From Bdellovibrionota bacterium (GTDB lineage Bacteria; Bdellovibrionota_C; UBA2361; OMIW01), in contig JBIJBT010000053.1 in NCBI GenBank assembly GCA_044345055.1, forward strand, positions 1 through 19,619: 19,619 bases of DNA, given 5' to 3'. Numbering within the stretch: the stretch's first letter is position 1; each line of letters begins with the position of its first letter. Under the pieces are notes generated by a model. The model did not search any database. It was not told where the DNA came from and saw nothing but the letters and a program-made list of their open reading frames with translations. A program made the position numbers and the translations under genes. Shown here piece after piece: positions 17,093 to 19,619 of the stretch.

Positions 17093-18412
17093 TTAACGGC
17101 GGCCATTTTGTTTAGGTCCTTTGCTAGGAGGGGCCTTTTTCGCTTCAACGCGGGTTATCTGCGGCCAGATTCGAAAAATGGAAAATGGCCGCTTTGTTTT
17201 ATCCTCTCCTCGGTGAAAAAGTGGAGCTCGATGAAATTGCGAGCTTACAAGGTAGAACTCTCCCCGAGGACCGCGGGTAAAACCAGTTGGCCATGAAATT
17301 TCTTCGCTGCTGGTTAGGAGCTGGTAAGTGCCATCGGGAAAAACTGCTCCAATTCCGTTATTATTGAGATCTGAGACAAGTAAATAGTTCGCGTTGAACG
17401 TCGAGATCCCTTGAGAAGCAGGCTTATCCCCCACTCTCTCTACCCGCTCGCCGAGCTGGGCTGATGATAACTTATTGTTGGCCAAAGCCTCTAATTGGAT
17501 CCGAAAAACTGAGCGGGCATTGGCTGACCCGAATAGCAGGTAATCACCAGCTGCATCAATCGCGACTGAGACGATACCCAAACTTGGCCGTACTACCGAA
17601 CCTTTTCCATCAGGAGCCAGTAACGGCTCTCCCGCTAGTACAAAATCTCCGCCATCGGCGTTCAGAGAGTAGTGATCTTCGAGGGCTCGCCTCGCCATAC
17701 CGGTCTTTAGATCGACTGTGATGATAGCTGGCTCCGAGGTTCCGACAAAATCGGCTCTTCCTTGATCGGCGATATATGCCATATCGCGCTTCACATCTAT
17801 TGCGATACTTTGAAGTGAGGAGTTTGCCTTTGTTATCGGCGCAGGCAGGTAAATCACCCGAGAGAGGGAGTCTTCTTTAAGATTCCATCCCACCAATTTT
17901 GGCTGACGCGCCGGGGGCGATCCTGAATCAAGTATCCACAAAACTCCCCGTGAATCCGCCGCTAGAGCATTTACCTCTGAAAAATCCTCGTTCGGTTCGC
18001 GATCCGCAGCGAACCATGCTGCAGGAAAGGGACGGCTAGTTCCATCGGGAAGAATCTCCCTGACGAGCCCTTGGCCATTATCCCGATCGCCGACACCGGA
18101 GGCGATACTCACAAAGAGCCGTTCATCTCGGGTCATCGCAATCCCAAGAGGGCGAAAATCAAGCGTTGCAACAACAGTCACCGGAGCATCGGGGAGCGGT
18201 CGTATTGAAGCAAAACGGGAGGAATTGCCTCGCTCTGCCGAGGGCTCTGGAGAGATAATTAATTTTACGGCTGGAGGGGTCTGATCTTCTGTCTTATCTG
18301 TCCCTGCCCGACCTTTTTGTTGTGCCTCAGCGCAAACGGCCGTTATTAGCAAGCTGCTGATAGCGATTGCCCGAAAAACAGAGAGTGCCTGAGAATGATT
18401 GATTATCTGCAT
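17093..18412 (-). CDS. Secreted major royal jelly protein / yellow-family (six-bladed beta-propeller) protein
   Basis: Signal-peptide-like N-terminus; DSRGVLWILDSG, PKLVGWNL, AYIADQG, AIITVDLKTG.ARRAL..H.S and ISWP motifs. Confidence 0.8.
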   Translation of the reverse strand: MQIINHSQALSVFRAIAISSLLITAVCAEAQQKGRAGTDKTEDQTPPAVKLIISPEPSAERGNSSRFASIRPLPDAPVTVVATLDFRPLGIAMTRDERLFVSIASGVGDRDNGQGLVREILPDGTSRPFPAAWFAADREPNEDFSEVNALAADSRGVLWILDSGSPPARQPKLVGWNLKEDSLSRVIYLPAPITKANSSLQSIAIDVKRDMAYIADQGRADFVGTSEPAIITVDLKTGMARRALEDHYSLNADGGDFVLAGEPLLAPDGKGSVVRPSLGIVSVAIDAAGDYLLFGSANARSVFRIQLEALANNKLSSAQLGERVERVGDKPASQGISTFNANYLLVSDLNNNGIGAVFPDGTYQLLTSSEEISWPTGFTRGPRGEFYLVSSQFHRAPLFHRGEDKTKRPFSIFRIWPQITRVEAKKAPPSKGPKQNGRR

Positions 18413-18708
18413 GGTTGATCGTTTTGAGGAGTGGCGTTAACACTAATTTGGAAGGAGGCTGGGGGGAGCTAGTCGAATTGAAACGGCCTCCTTCTGGCTA
18501 ATACAAATTCGATATATTAATACTTATAGTACTCATCAAGCTTTCCTTTGCGAAGTACGTTCGCTCAAGCAGAATTCCAAATTGCCTCCATTCGGTCTGG
18601 CACCACGCTTTACCTGTGTTAGGATAGCGCAGCCTGAGCGTCATATCGTGCTGCGGGATTTCGTGCCGTGCACCCGTTCTAAACCGTTGCAGACTCAAAT
18701 AATATCAC

Positions 18709-19619
18709 ATGACCGTTTCTACCAACTGGCTTTTAGCTCTCCCGCTTATCATCTCAACTTACGGCTTTTCGCGGAATTTCTCTACCCATCAAGATAATAG
18801 AGAAATTAGGTGGTTTACCGGAGTTGTTGTCACACTTTGTCTTGCATCGATCGCGATGGTAACCCTTCTGACGGTTCGGTCGATGACTCCGGCATATATC
18901 GGAGCAGCGTTTTCGGCGATCGCTCTTGCGGGGCTACTAAGATGTAGAGCCGCTGTAAAAACCAATATTATTAAACCAGTTTCATCTGCAAACGTTTTGC
19001 TCGCGATATCAATTACTGCTGTTGCGATATTCCTTCGCTTAAACCCTGCGGCCCACCTATTCGGTGGTCAGGATCCGGGCGTTTACATGAATACCGGAAA
19101 TCTTATTGCGCGTCACGGAACACACTTTTACACCGATACCACTCTTCCTCTGGCGAAGCAGGATCCGAAGCACTTTGATTATTATATAAACAAAACTTAT
19201 TTCAGAGCTCGTCAGCACCCCGATGGTTCGTGGTATGGCAATCTCACCCCAGGCACCTATATTTCGGATCTCTCAAAAGGTGAGCACGTTACTCAATTTT
19301 ATCCCGTCACACACGCATGGTTGGCTTTAGGTTCCCTTTTATTTGGACCAGCGCGAAGCACCTGGATACTACTTCCGTTTGCCCTACTCGGCATCGCAGC
19401 AGTTGGGCTTATCGTTAATAGGCTCACCCGTTCGACGAGTGCCGCGTTTGTTGCAAGTGCTCTACTCGCTATGAACTCAGCTCACGCAGCAATTAGTACA
19501 TCACCACTTTCTGAAATTATAGCGAGCTTTTTTTTCTTATCGGGACTCTTTTTTCTCGTCAGTTCACTAGATCGGAATCCAAGATCCATTAGCTCAGCCT
19601 GTTTGATGATTTGTACTCT
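18709..19619 (+). CDS. GT-C-superfamily (ArnT/GT39-like) membrane glycosyltransferase, 3' end outside window
   Basis: Not in the ORF track because it runs off the window end. Frame is open from ATG 18709 (MTVSTNWLL...), with GGQDPGVYMNTGNLIARHG, QFYPVTHAWLALG and PLSEI, plus multiple TM helices. Confidence 0.75.
   Translation, partial: MTVSTNWLLALPLIISTYGFSRNFSTHQDNREIRWFTGVVVTLCLASIAMVTLLTVRSMTPAYIGAAFSAIALAGLLRCRAAVKTNIIKPVSSANVLLAISITAVAIFLRLNPAAHLFGGQDPGVYMNTGNLIARHGTHFYTDTTLPLAKQDPKHFDYYINKTYFRARQHPDGSWYGNLTPGTYISDLSKGEHVTQFYPVTHAWLALGSLLFGPARSTWILLPFALLGIAAVGLIVNRLTRSTSAAFVASALLAMNSAHAAISTSPLSEIIASFFFLSGLFFLVSSLDRNPRSISSACLMICT

Noticed and set aside
18498..18797. Short ORFs between the MRJP-like gene and the GT-C gene
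   Set aside because: No motifs or RBS. They lie in a divergent promoter region or overlap the real ORF starting at 18709.

Overview
Bacterial chromosomal window with a housekeeping backbone: the 3' end of a biotin carboxylase, rnhA, a lytic transglycosylase, mnmG, topA, a glutamine synthetase and ettA. It also carries envelope-modifying genes (a SAM-dependent methyltransferase-like protein, a GT87-like and a GT-C-like glycosyltransferase, and an MRJP/yellow-like beta-propeller). The most interesting part is the accessory stretch at about 1065-3851. It holds two tandem minus-strand orphan genes with low-complexity N-termini. They share a short protein motif (PxSPLS..I[RK][ED]K..QL), similar sequence just upstream of their ATGs, and an upstream 39-bp imperfect direct repeat (1819-1857 / 3813-3851). 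One of them ends in a Cys-rich, permuted papain-like (H...NxC) toxin-like domain and is followed by a small membrane protein that may be an immunity protein. Upstream of that gene sits a foreign fragment of about 430 bp spanning the 3' end of a type I RM hsdR and the 5' end of a NucS/DUF91-like gene, cut off at a perfect 15-bp palindrome. The glnA leader can fold into a multi-branched structure. I found no rRNA, tRNA, CRISPR array or intact transposase/integrase. Family assignments come from motif recognition by eye, not database searches.
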